Assembly (NCBI RefSeq): GCF_006345805.1
Contig: NC_043013.1
Coordinates: 36,580,001-36,644,000, forward strand
Direction: 5' to 3'
Length of the DNA stretch: 64,000 nucleotides
Origin: Octopus sinensis
Taxonomy: Eukaryota
Shown here: piece after piece, positions 11,905-23,562 of the stretch
Position numbering within the stretch: position 1 is the stretch's first letter
Layout: the number at the start of each line of letters is the position of its first letter
Made by a program: the position numbers and the translations under genes
The notes under the pieces: generated by a model
The model's input: the letters and a program-made list of their open reading frames with translations, nothing else
What the model was told of the DNA's origin: nothing
The model's database searches: none

Positions 11905-11940
11905 GTGTGTATATATATATATATTAACTTTATTATATAA

Positions 11941-12154
11941 AGGTGGCGAGGTGGCAGAATCGTTAGCAAGGTGGGTGAAATGCTTAGCAATATTTCGTCT
12001 GCCACTGCATTCTGAGTTCAAATTTCGCTGAGGTTGACTTCGCCTATCATCCTTTCGGGGCTGATAAGTTCAGTACCAGTTGAGTACTGGGGTCAATGTA
12101 ATCAACTTGCCCCTTCCCCACTAGTACCTATAGTGGAAAGGATTGTTATTATTA

Positions 12155-12190
<36 letters not shown>
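11941..12190 (+). mobile_element. SINE family C, near full length
   Basis: GGCGAGGTGGCAGAATCGTTAGC (A box) .. GAGTTCAAATTTC (B box), then GTTGACTTCGCCTATCATCCTTTCGGGG..GTACCAG and an (ATT)n tail. The central body resembles Meta/Sauria-type SINE cores (from memory). Confidence 0.85.
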
Positions 12191-12191
<1 letters not shown>

Positions 12192-12514
12192 AGCTTTAGA
12201 ATGTATGTGTGTGTATATATATACACACACACTCATTCTAAAGTTATAGTTGTAATAATAATAATAATGATGATGATGATGATGATGATGATGAGAACAT
12301 TTTGAAGTGCAAAAATATTTGATTTATAGTGTAAGGCATTGTCATTCTTAGTGCAAAGCAATTCATCTCACATCATGGACAATTAATTTCTCTGTTTGTT
12401 TTATTTATACCCTTTCTCCGTTATTTACTTACATATTTGTTTATTTCTCTCTGATGACAAATCATTTATTTATAAAAAACGATTCCTGTTAAGAGATTGC
12501 ATTAACTTCTTATA

Positions 12515-13141
12515 CAGTTAATGCAATAACACCTTGACTATCACGGGTGTTATGTTCCCAAACCCTCTCCATGATAGGTGAGAATCCATGAAGTAGAAAC
12601 AGTACTGTACTGTATATATATGTTTTTAAAAATATAATTTGTATATATTTATCTCTATATATATAAAGCTGAAGTTGTCTGTGTATGGCAGGTTTGGTAG
12701 CCTTCAATTAATACTATCTCCTCCGAGACCCTGCAGAGCAAGTTGACCAAAATTGAAAGTATGATAGAAGAAGGCTTGCTCTTCCTTCCGTAGAAGAAAA
12801 AATTCAAATCGGACCATATTAAGACCAAAAATTATTTACATCAAAAAGGTGCATTTTTTTTCTATGAAAATCCCTATATTTTACGATTTTTTGACTGCTG
12901 TGCCGCCATTTTTCGGTGTATTTCAACCAGAAAAATGTTTACTTAAAGAGAATAACAAGCTACATAATGCAAAATTTTTACTTTTCAAAAATTCCAATTC
13001 CAAAGGGTCGAAACAAACCTGAGCAACGCCGGGCAATACTGTTAGTATTATTATAAATGTGAAACAACACCACGGAGGAATCAACAAAAGCTTAAATAAT
13101 ATATCACAATAGGTGAACTGTGATATGGCAAGGCATTACAG
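12515..13141. mobile_element. Tigger/pogo-type MITE interrupted by a Helitron
   Basis: Left TA|CAGT..CCTTGACTATCACGGGTGTTATGTTCC..GATAGGTGAGAATCC. Right ..ATAGGTGAACTGTGATATGGCAAGGCATTACAG|TA. Degenerate TIRs with TA TSD. Confidence 0.6.
12652..13045 (+). mobile_element. Non-autonomous Helitron
   Basis: 5' A|TCTCTATATATATAAAGCTGAAG. 3' hairpin CCTGAGCAACGCCGGG, then about 10 nt, then GTTAG|T (CTAG-like end). Inserted in an A|T site. Confidence 0.75.
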
Positions 13142-13159
13142 TATGTGTGTGTGTGTGAA

Positions 13160-13430
13160 GGCACATGGCCAAATGGTTTAGCTGTTGCTTTCATAATTGC
13201 TAGATTGTGGGTTCCATTCCCTGATTGTGTGGCACATTGTATTCTTGAGCAAAGCACTTCGTTTCACATTGCTCCAGTCTTCCTTTCTATCAAGGGGGAG
13301 TGTTGGCCTGCTAGCATAGCCAGAGTGGTGGCATCATTTGATGGCTAAAATGATGCAAAGCGCATTGTGATTAGTGATGTGTAACAGCATCTGATTGTCT
13401 GATTGTTCATATGATTACGTGATATATACA
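13160..13430 (+). mobile_element. tRNA-headed SINE family H (diverged)
   Basis: GAAGGCACATGGCCAAATGGTTTAG..GGGTTCCATTCC head, then ATTCTTGAGCAAAGCACTTCGTTTCACATTGCTCCAGTC body. Confidence 0.65.
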
Positions 13431-13543
13431 TACCATACCTTGATGCTGTGTGGACTAAGATCCCTAGTTGACAGGCTGCTCGTATTTATCTTCTGATTGA
13501 TATCAGAAATAGTTGGATTGGCTCAAATATAAGAATAATCTCT

Positions 13544-13952
13544 TTTACTCTTTACTCTTTTACTTGTTTCAGTCATTTGACTGTGGCCATGCTGGAGCAC
13601 CACTTTTAGTCGAGCACATCGACCCTAGGACTTATTCTTTGTAAGTCTAGTACTTATTTTATCGTTCTCTTTTGCCCAACTGCTAAGTTACAGGGATGTA
13701 AACACACTACCATCGGTTGTCAAGCGATGTTGGAGGGACAAACACAGACACACAAACATATACACACACATACATATACATATATATGATGGGTTTCTTT
13801 CAGTTTCCTTCTACCAAATCCACTCACAAGGCTTTGGTTGGCCCAAGGCTATAGTAGAAGACACTTGCTCAAGGTGCCACACAGTGAGATTGAACCCGGA
13901 ACAATGTGGTTTGTAAGCAAGCTACTTATCACACAGCCACTCCTACACCTAT
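13544..13952 (-). mobile_element. SINE A, full length
   Basis: From (CTTTTACT)n tail to CACAGCCACTCCTACACC head on the reverse strand. Confidence 0.9.
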
Positions 13953-14089
13953 ATGTTAATGTTCAAAATGTTAACTTCATGGTTGTTTAACTGAATATCA
14001 AACTAGGTGAGGGCAGGGGCTCAACATGTTGTTATATAGTGGTAGGCATGGATGGATGGTCAAAAAGCTCCTAACCATGTGGTTTCAGG

Positions 14090-14262
14090 TCCACAACAGA
14101 CTTCCACATAGTTTCCATCTATGAAATTTACTCAGAAGGCATTGGGCAATCAGGTGTTATAGTAGGAAACAACTTACTCAAGGTACCACACTGTGAGATT
14201 GAACCTGGGTCTGTGTTGTTGCAAAGCAGGCTCCCTAACCACACAGCTATGCCTACACCTAT
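14090..14262 (-). mobile_element. SINE A-like head fragment (old)
   Basis: AGTTTCCATCTATGAAATTTACTC..GAGATTGAACCTGGG..CCACACAGCTATGCCTACACC. Confidence 0.65.
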
Positions 14263-14444
14263 GATTTTTTGTTTGTTTTTGCTTTTTGTTTTTTACCATT
14301 TTATATCATTATATACCATTTTATAGAATGCTACAAATGGTACAATTTCTGGATGTGTTTAAGAGTAGCCAACTTATTTGATTAGCTGTTCCTGCAATTA
14401 CGCACATTGCTTGGCAACCATGTTTGATGATCAGTAATCAAAAT

Positions 14445-14491
<47 letters not shown>

Positions 14492-15192
14492 ACACACACA
14501 CACATGCACACACACACATACACATACACAAAGAAGCACGCATACACACAAAACATACACAAACACTCAAACCTGTACACATGTGTTCATACAAACATGC
14601 ACATACATACAAGTGTGTATATACTTACATACTCACAAGAACAGAGAAAGATACGTACACATATGGACATAGATATACAGACACAAGCACCCAATAATAT
14701 GTATCTATCTATATATATGTGTGCATGTGTATATATGTGTATATATACATATTTGTGTGGGTGTGTGTGTATATATATGTATGTATATACATATTTGTGC
14801 ATGTGTGTATATATATATGTATGTATATACATACATGTGTGTGCATGTGTGCGTATACATACACTCACACATATATACATAGTAGAGTAGATTAGTTTGC
14901 ATGAAGCATTGTTTGATATATTGTTATATATATATATAAATGCAGCTGTGTGGTAATATCATCATTGTCTTCATTGTCGTTGTCGTCGTCGTCGTCATCA
15001 TCATCATCATCATTATCATATCTTTTCATCTCTCTATTAATCTATACCTTCCTGCTCAAGGTGAAGCCATTTCTGGTCGCTTCAGAATGGTTGTCACAAC
15101 ATGTTCAACTGCAGTTCAGCTGAAATTTTTGGTGGCCTTCCGAATCAAGAACTCAGAGTGCATGCATATCAATTTGAGTCACCTAGATGAAA

Positions 15193-15590
15193 AAGGCACA
15201 GGAGTGGCCGTGTGGCAAGTAGTTTGCTTACAAACCATATGGCTCTGGGTTCAAACTCACTGCGTGGCACCTAGGGCAAGTGTCTTCCGACAAAAGCCAT
15301 GCGAATGGATTTGGTAGATGGAAACTGAAAGAAGCCCGTCGTATGTATGTGTGTGTGTGTGTTTATGTGTTTGTGTGTGTGTGTGTTTACGTGTTTGTGT
15401 TTGTCCCTCCAGCATTGCTTGATGACCGATGCTGGTGTGTTTACATCCCCGTAACTTAGCGGTTCGGCAAAAGCGACAGATAGAATAAGTACTAGGCTTA
15501 CAAAGAATAAGTCGTGGGGGTCGATTTGCATGACTAAAGGTGGTGCTCCAACATGGCCACAGTCAAATGACTGAAACAAATAAAAGAATA
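15193..15590 (+). mobile_element. SINE A, full length
   Basis: GGAGTGGCCGTGTGGCAAGTAG..GGGTTCAAACTC head through GACTGAAACAAATAAAAG tail. Confidence 0.9.
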
Positions 15591-15605
15591 TATTTTTTAC
15601 TTATT

Positions 15606-15799
15606 TATTCTTGTACTTGTTTCTGTCATTTGACTGCGGCCATGCTGCAGCACCACCTTTAGTCGAGCAAATCAACCCCAGGACTTATTCTTTGTAAGCT
15701 TAGTACTTATTCTATCAGTCTTTTTTGCTGAACCGCTAATTTATGGGGATGTAAACACACCAACAGTGTGGTGGTGAGGGGACAAACACAGACACACAA

Positions 15800-15835
<36 letters not shown>

Positions 15836-15874
15836 CAGTGTGGTGGTGAGGGGACAAACACACACACACACACA

Positions 15875-15912
<38 letters not shown>

Positions 15913-16075
15913 TGACAGGCTGCTTTCAGTTTCTCTCTACCAAATCCACTCACAAGGCTTTGGTTGGCCCTAGGCTATAGTAGGAGATACTTGCCAAGGT
16001 TCCACACAGTGGGACTGAACTTAGAACTGTGTGGTTGGTAGGCAGGCTTCCTACCATACAGCCATGCCTGCACCT
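15606..16075 (-). mobile_element. SINE A, full length, tail-to-tail with 15193-15590
   Basis: Reverse complement of the family A consensus, with an internal duplication of CAACAGTGTGGTGGTGAGGGGACAAACAC. Confidence 0.9.
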
Positions 16076-16129
16076 ACTATGTATAGCTTTTTATTATTAT
16101 ATAATAATATATATATATATATATATATA

Positions 16130-16310
16130 AATAGGGGTAAATTAATTACACTGACCCCCGAGTTCAACTGGTACTTCTTTTATTGACCTCGAAGGGATGA
16201 AAGCCAATGTCGATCCCAGCGGAATTTGAACTCAGAACATAAAGATAAATGAAACGCCACTGAGCACTCCGCCTCACATGCTAATGATTCTGTCTGATCG
16301 CTGCCTTCAT
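16130..16310 (-). mobile_element. SINE family C
   Basis: CAACTGGTACTT..GAAGGGATGAAAG..GGAATTTGAACTCAGAAC..GCTAATGATTCTG. Confidence 0.8.
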
Positions 16311-17493
16311 CATATCAAATAATAACAATCCAGAGTCAAGAAGCAGGAAATAAGTATTAAAAATTAGGAATCAAAACAGTTTGGTCGTATATTCTGTGCA
16401 TAGTTAAGACTAAGAACCTAGAATACATCACATGCACTTCATCGCACTATAGTGCTCCTATCTGTATGATAATAGAGATGCTATCATTTACTTTGGGTGT
16501 TTTAGTCTAGTCTATTGCAGTGTATGTGTACACACACACATTAACCACACATACACACGCAAACACACACACATAGAGTCATGCATATGCAGACACACAC
16601 TCATTCTCTCAAAAACAGACTCACGCGCGCACACACACACACACATACACTCACACACACACTCACACACACATATCATACATCACATGATCTTCATACC
16701 CTCACCTCATCTGGTTTGATAATAGAAGCTGTATCATCTGCTCGGATGTTTAACTCAATACTTTGGCAGTTTAGCCGGGTACATTATGCATGTATATATT
16801 ATACATATACATTACATGCTCTTACTCTTCGCACCTACCCGCCACCTACCCGAGTATGATATGATAATACTGGTTGAAGTTGTAATTATCATGACACTAG
16901 GTGTAAAAAAAAAAAACAAAAAAAAAGGGGGAAAAAAAAGAGGAAAAGTTCCTGGTGTCTTCCGTTAATTGAAACTGTCAGTCACCCTACCCTGAATATA
17001 CCCGCAGATTTATTCATCATTATCTTTGATCTCATGCCTTTGTCCAATCAACCAATTGACTGCTAGCTAGCTTCAGCATCTTTGTCATCTGACCATTCAG
17101 TTATTTATCCAGCTGCCAATATCTCTAACTATTTAATCTAGCCAACCATCAAGACATCCATCTAAAAATCTATCCGTCCACCATCCATTCATCAAACAGC
17201 TATCTTATTCATTGATCCAGCTATCTAGATTAGAGGATAAGTGAACCATTTGTCCATAAACCATCCATATATATCCAATTATCAGATGATGATCTATACA
17301 TCTATCTGTCTATCTATCTATTCATCGTACTGTCAAATCAACTACCTGTCCATCTACGTCGAAATTGCTGGACAATTAACTTCATCTTTCATGTCAGTCT
17401 GTTTTTACAGTTACATTACATTTTGGTCCAACCCCTCAGCTGTCTTCAAGTAAACCATTCCTAATATACATGTGTATGTGTGTGTGTGATGAA

Positions 17494-17558
<65 letters not shown>

Positions 17559-17819
17559 GTTATTGTGTATGTTTCTGTGTGTGTGTTTGAGTGCATGAGT
17601 GCATGTGTGTCTGAATGTGCATGACTGTGTGAGTGTATGTGCATGTGTGTGTGTGCATTCTCCTTTCCACCCGCTATTAATGGTTTTTCTCTTTGTGATC
17701 TCTCTCTCTCCTCATTCACCCGTACAGTTACGGGTATGTTTCCATGAATGAACATAGACAACGTCGGATCGAGAGAACTCGTTAGACTTGCCAAGAACTT
17801 AGCAACCTTTTTTTTTTTT

Positions 17820-17887
17820 AGTGCTGATGCATCATCATCGTCATCGTTGTCGTCGTCATCATCATTGTTGTCCTCGTCATCGTCGTC

Positions 17888-17936
<49 letters not shown>

Positions 17937-17978
17937 CCATCATCGTCATTGTCACTATCATCACATCATTATCATCAC

Positions 17979-18038
<60 letters not shown>

Positions 18039-18061
18039 TGTCATCATCATTGTCATCGTCG

Positions 18062-18092
<31 letters not shown>

Positions 18093-18122
18093 TGTCATCA
18101 TCATTGTCATCATCATCATTAA
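17820..18122. repeat. (CAT)n microsatellite
   Basis: Seen directly. Confidence 0.95.
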
Positions 18123-18134
18123 CATCAGCACCAT

Positions 18135-18840
18135 CTAATGTCTATCATCCATTGCTGGTATGGAGTGAACAGTTTGACAGAAGCTGGTAAGCCAGAGGAC
18201 TGTGTTGAGTTCCAATGTCTGTTTTGACATGGTTTCTATGGCAGGATGCCCTTCCCTTATGCGAACCACATTACAGAGTATACTGTGTGAAGGCACATGA
18301 CTTAGCGGTTAGAGAGTCACACTTACAATCAATCAAAAGGCTGTGAGTTTAATTCCTGGACTGAGCTGTGTGTTGTGTTCTTGTGGAAGACACTTTATTT
18401 TCTGTTGCTCAGTATCCCCTGATGTGGAAATGAGTTGCGATGTCACTGGTGCCAAGCTGGATCAGCCTATGCTTGCCCCTTGGATAACATCGGTGGTATC
18501 AAAAGGGAGGCTGGTATGCATGGGCGAATCATCATCCATAAACAAACTTAGCTAGACATGTGCCTCGGAGGGTAACCTTCTAGGTGCAATTCCATGGTGA
18601 TTTATGACTGAAGGGGGTCTTTACCCTTTACTCTGTGTGCTTTTCAGGTAGCACCAGATCCAGCAAAGTCACCAAATAACTTGCAAGACAAGATCCTCAC
18701 CCATAATCACCCATAACTGAGAGTAGGAGTGACTGTGAGGGAGGTGACTTTGTGCCAGGTGATGAGAGGTCAGAGTATGTCAGAGGCAAAGAAACAGGTG
18801 TTTTGTTGCTGTAGAGGAGAAATGGGACAATCCCAGTTTG
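18135..18840 (-). mobile_element. Old RTE-tail element split by SINE G
   Basis: TAATGTCTATCATCC..GGATGCCCTTCC..ACAGAGTATACTGTGTG | CTGTGTGCTTTTCAGGTAGCACCAG continues the family B consensus. Confidence 0.6.
18290..18632 (+). mobile_element. tRNA-headed SINE family G with 7-bp TSD
   Basis: AAGGCACATGACTTAGCGGTTAG..GAGTTTAATTCC head. Ends GGGTCTTTACCCTTTACT. Flanked by CTGTGTG at 18283-18289 and 18633-18639. Confidence 0.75.
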
Positions 18841-19569
18841 GAAAGAGAGAAGAGAGGAGAGAGATGGAAGAAAGAGAGGGAGAAAAAGAGAGAGAAAGTG
18901 AGAGGAGAAACAGAGAGAAAGAGACAAGCTTTCACATTGCTCCTGCCCACTCACCTGGGAAAAGTGAGTTACCCTGCGATAGACTGGTGTCCCATCCAGG
19001 TGGGGAATATATACACCATGAAACCAGGGCACTGACCCTTATAAGTTGGCATGACTTTACCTTTACTCTCAAGGTGCAAAAATGTTGGTTATAATTGAAG
19101 TGGAACAGAGGATTGGACAGGGTGAGGGGGAAGGTAAGTTCATGAGAGTATGAAGGGAGTAAGACATAGCAGGAACGGTAATGTTGTGAGTGGAGATCAT
19201 GGTTGGAGTGGCATTTATAATTCTGTACAGTGGTTGGCATTAGGAAGGACAGTCAAGTCATAGAAGCCATGCCGGAAACATAACATACAGGCAGGACATG
19301 GTCCCTGACCTGTCCGCAAATTTTACTGATCCAATCAATGCTAACTTGTCCAATGCATAAAAAGCTGGCATAAAATGCTAAAGATGAGGATATATCTACC
19401 TTGGCAAGTTGCTCTCAAGCCCTTCAGATTTTCTAAACTAATCTACTTTTTAATTATTATATTACTGTTGTGACTCATTAGTTATCTATTGCTCTACAAT
19501 AATTAAGAATCTTTACATATTCATTACATGTGTTCATACATACATACATACATAAATACATGCATACAT

Positions 19570-19610
<41 letters not shown>

Positions 19611-19619
19611 ACACACACA

Positions 19620-19892
19620 TACTTTATTTAAAAGCAGCAGAAATATAACAAAAGCTGTTACTCAGAGTTTCACGTTCCCATTCGTTGGACAGTTTTGTTA
19701 AAATAGAACAGAAATAATGATATGATCAAAACTAGTTAAAGGATACACCTTTAAAAATGGATTTGTTTCATTGCTCCTTTCAATTAATGGTCAATAAAGC
19801 ATAAAGCATATTACTCTACCACTGGTATTTGAGTACTCTATTTTTCCACCTTGTTTCACATTTATGTGCTTATTCCCAGTATATATATATAT
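19620..19892 (-). mobile_element. Penelope-type terminal repeat (pLTR) fragment carrying a hammerhead motif
   Basis: Shares two blocks with 29932-30078, contains a hammerhead motif and ends TTTAAATAAAGTA on the minus strand. PLE termini are known to carry minimal hammerheads. Confidence 0.7.
19655..19692 (-). ncRNA. Minimal type I hammerhead ribozyme, degenerate (G5A)
   Basis: Minus: CTGT-CCAACGA-ATG GGAA CGT-GAAA-CTC T GAG-TA/ACAG. Stem I is CTGT:ACAG and stem III is palindromic. The core has U4C and G5A. Confidence 0.65.
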
Positions 19893-20289
19893 ATATGGTA
19901 AAGTTTCTTTGTTTATTGTATAGGCTCTAGTCAGAAGTGCTCAGATAAAGGACCTGGGTATAAAAAAATTTTGAGGAGAATTTCAGATAGATTCAACAAT
20001 TTATTTAAACATATATTCTGCCATAGATCAATGCATATCAGTCTTTAAAATATACCGGTGTATAAGTCGTTAAAATACTAAAACATTAAAAATTTAGGAA
20101 TATACAAATATATAAAAATCTAATATACATATATAAATAGATGAGTGAAATTAGGTTAGAAGGGCATTGTAAAAATTATTAAGAATAAAAGTATGCCCTT
20201 ACAAAAAGGCAAATAAAGTAAAGTCTTCTGAAGGATGAATAAAAAAAAAACATTGTAGCGTTGAGGTTGGAATATTTGAAAAACATATA

Positions 20290-20700
20290 TAGGAGTGGCT
20301 GTGTGGTAAGTAGCTTGCTTACCAATGACATGGTTCCAGGTTCAGTCTCACTGCGTGGCACCGTGGGCAAGTGTCTTTTACTATAGCCTTGGGCCGACCA
20401 AAGCCTTTTGAGTGGATTTGGTAGACAGAAACTGAGAGAAGTCCATCGTATGTATATATGTGTGTGTTAGTGTGTGTGTGTGTGAATGTTTGTGTGTCTG
20501 TGTTTGTCCCCCCAACATCTCATGACAACCAATGCTAGTGTGTTTACGTCCCCGTCACATAGCGGTTCGGCAAGAGAAAACGATAGAATAAGTACAAAGG
20601 CTTACAAAGAATAAGTCATGGGGTCAATTTGCTCGACTAAAGGCAGTGCTCCAGTATGGCCACAGTCAAATGACCGAAACAAATAAAAAAATAAAAAATA
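20290..20700 (+). mobile_element. SINE A, full length
   Basis: GGAGTGGCTGTGTGGTAAGTAGCTTGCTTACC head through GACCGAAACAAATAAAAA tail. Confidence 0.9.
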
Positions 20701-20720
20701 AAAGAATATAAATATATATA

Positions 20721-20752
<32 letters not shown>

Positions 20753-20758
<6 letters not shown>

Positions 20759-20880
20759 ACTTCTTTCAGTTTCCCTCTACCAAATCCACTCACAAGGCTT
20801 CGGTTGGCTTCGGGCTTTAGTAGAAGACACTTGCCCAAGGTGCCACGGTGTGGGACTGAACCAGGAACCATGTGGTTTAG
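20753..20880 (-). mobile_element. SINE A 5' half, inverted relative to 20290-20700
   Basis: CTTCTTTCAGTTTCCCTCTACCAAATCCACTCACAAGGC..GGGACTGAACCAGGAACCATGTGG. Confidence 0.85.
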
Positions 20881-21294
20881 GTATATAAATACACATGCAT
20901 TTGTACACACACATCAGTTCTAGCCAGCTAGTATTGTCCAGTTTCCATCACTGAGACTATTATATAGTACTTGTATTACACACACTGTGTTTGTAACTGC
21001 GCGAGTTCTTGCACATTACACATATGCGTACGTTATGCGGTGCGTATGCTACATGTAAATGCATTGTTGTACGTGTGGCAGAAGTAACGTATACGTGTGA
21101 ACAAACCACTTCAATGAAATCTAGTTACTGTCCACTTAAATCCATCCATCCATCCATCCATCCAAACATTCACCCATCCATTCATTCATCCAAGCATCCA
21201 AACATCTATACAATAATATCAACATTTATCATTTCACTCATCAAAAGGCTTATTCACAGGTTAACCCCACCCTTGCCCACCACCTCTGTAACAC

Positions 21295-21320
21295 CATCAA
21301 CTTTCTCTCTCTCTCTCTTC

Positions 21321-21374
<54 letters not shown>

Positions 21375-21740
21375 GCCCCTCTCTCTTTATCACTCTCTCT
21401 TCCTCTTTCTCTCTCTCTTTCTCCTTATCTCTTTTCCTCTTTCTCTCTCCCTCTTTCCCTTCTCTCTCCTTCCTTTCTCTCTCTTTCTCTTTCTCTCTCC
21501 CTCTTTCTCTCTCCTTCTTTCTCTCTCTCTTTTTCCCTTCTCTCTCCCTCTTTTTTTCTCTCTTTCTTGCTCTCTCACTCTTTATCACTCTCTTTCTCTC
21601 TCTTTCACTCTCTTTCTCACCCTCCCTTTCATTCTCTCTCCTCTCGCTCTGTGTCCCTATTTCCCACTCTCTTTCTCTCTTTTTCTCCCCTCTTTCTCTC
21701 TCTCTCTCCTCCTCTCCCCCCACCCTCATGCTTTCTTTGC
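21295..21740. repeat. (CT)n/(CTTT)n polypyrimidine tract
   Basis: Seen directly. Confidence 0.9.
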
Positions 21741-23518
21741 CTTTATTTGCTCGTCTTCCTTTCATTTCACACTCGCTTTTCCTTCCTGTCCAGAACATCA
21801 CTTTCCCACTCCAGATCACTCCAGACCACTCTAGACCACGCCAGACTGACCACACCGCACCACACCACACCACACCATACCACATCAAGCTAGGCAATAC
21901 TAAACGAGACCTTGTAATACCAACCCCCCACTGCCCCCCTCATCATCCAACCACCACCACCACCACCACCACCACCACCTCACACTACTACGCTCACTAC
22001 ACAGCACCAATCTATACTAAATCTGTCTGGCCTTTCTGACATCACACTGACCAGTCAGCCAGTTGGTCAGTCCAATGGAAGCTGGCTGTCTAGGTGGTTG
22101 GTTGGTTGGTTGGTTGGTGGGGTTGGCGAGCCAGCTCGAGCATTGTCCACCTGGCCAAAGCAGCTGCATGCTGCTTTCCATTGACCAACCAGTTGACTTA
22201 GTATGTACACGTGCATGTGTGTGAGCACGCACATGTGTGCGTGCACATGTATATGCGTAAGTGAGCATGTGCACAGGGCATATGAGCATATGTGTGTGAA
22301 TATGTACTTGTATTTGTGTCATATATATATACACACATATATATATATACTCATATATATATATATATATATATACATATATATACATATATATGCATAT
22401 ATATATATACATATATATATGTATATATGTATGTGTATATATATATATATGTGTGTATAGAAATATGTGTATATATATATACATATATATATACATATAT
22501 ATACATACAAATACATATATATATATGTATGTGTATGTGTGCATAGAAATATGTATATATATATACATATATATACACATATATACATACATATATATAT
22601 ATATGTATGTGTGTGAGTGTGGATATATATACATATATATCTGTGTGTGTATATATATATACATATATAAATATGTGTATATATTGCATGCATGCTGACC
22701 GACAAGCACAATGGCCATGCCGTGTGCCATGAAAGTGCACTAAGCTGGTTGGTGTCCAGATCAATGGATGGCCTTGTCTGACCGTTGACCAATGTCACCC
22801 ACTCACCCATTTACACACTGACCGACTAACTCACTGACCAACCAACCAACTAACTCACTGACTGACTGATTGACCAACACATTGTACTCGCCGACCGACC
22901 GACTGGTCAGCCAGCTAACTGACCAGCCAGTGAGCCAGCCTCTTCCCATCAACTACCTATACAACTGCACACACGGCATCACCTCATCAACACCAATAAC
23001 AATAACACCCATCCCCTCACACACATACACACACACACACACATGCACACATGCATGTATGTGCATGTTTAGCTTGCTTTCTCTCTCTCTTTCCTCCGGA
23101 GATGGAAGGCAGGTGGAGGTGGTTGTGGTCGTGGTTGAAAGGGTGGCGTGGGGGTTCGACAAATTTCCCTACCAATCCTTCACTGCCCATCACCATCACA
23201 ACCACCACCACCACCACCACCACCTGCCACCACACCACCACTGCCACAACTGCCGCCGACGCTGTGACACTACCCCCACCACTGTCGTCGCTACCATATG
23301 CCTCCTTTATACGCACCAACCTTGACCTCTCTTTTACAACAAACCTCCACACCAACTGACCGACTGACCGCTTGTTATTAGTGCTTCGGAGAAGTGGGGT
23401 GTTAGGTTGTAGGCTGGGGGGGGGGATATCGGTAGGATAAGGGAAGGGGAGGGGAAAGAGAGAGTAGTGACAATAGCAGTAGCTGCAGCAGCAGTAGTAG
23501 TAGTAGTAGTAGTAGCAG

Positions 23519-23562
<44 letters not shown>

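Noticed and set aside
12386-12500. Minus-strand acceptor/donor pair (TTAACAG|..AATAT|GTAAGT)
   Set aside because: Stops in all three frames and no other support.
15061-15123. VKPFLVASEWLSQHV resembling a rhodanese/TST N-terminus after an AG
   Set aside because: In-frame stop after 20 codons, no suitable donor and no further exons found.
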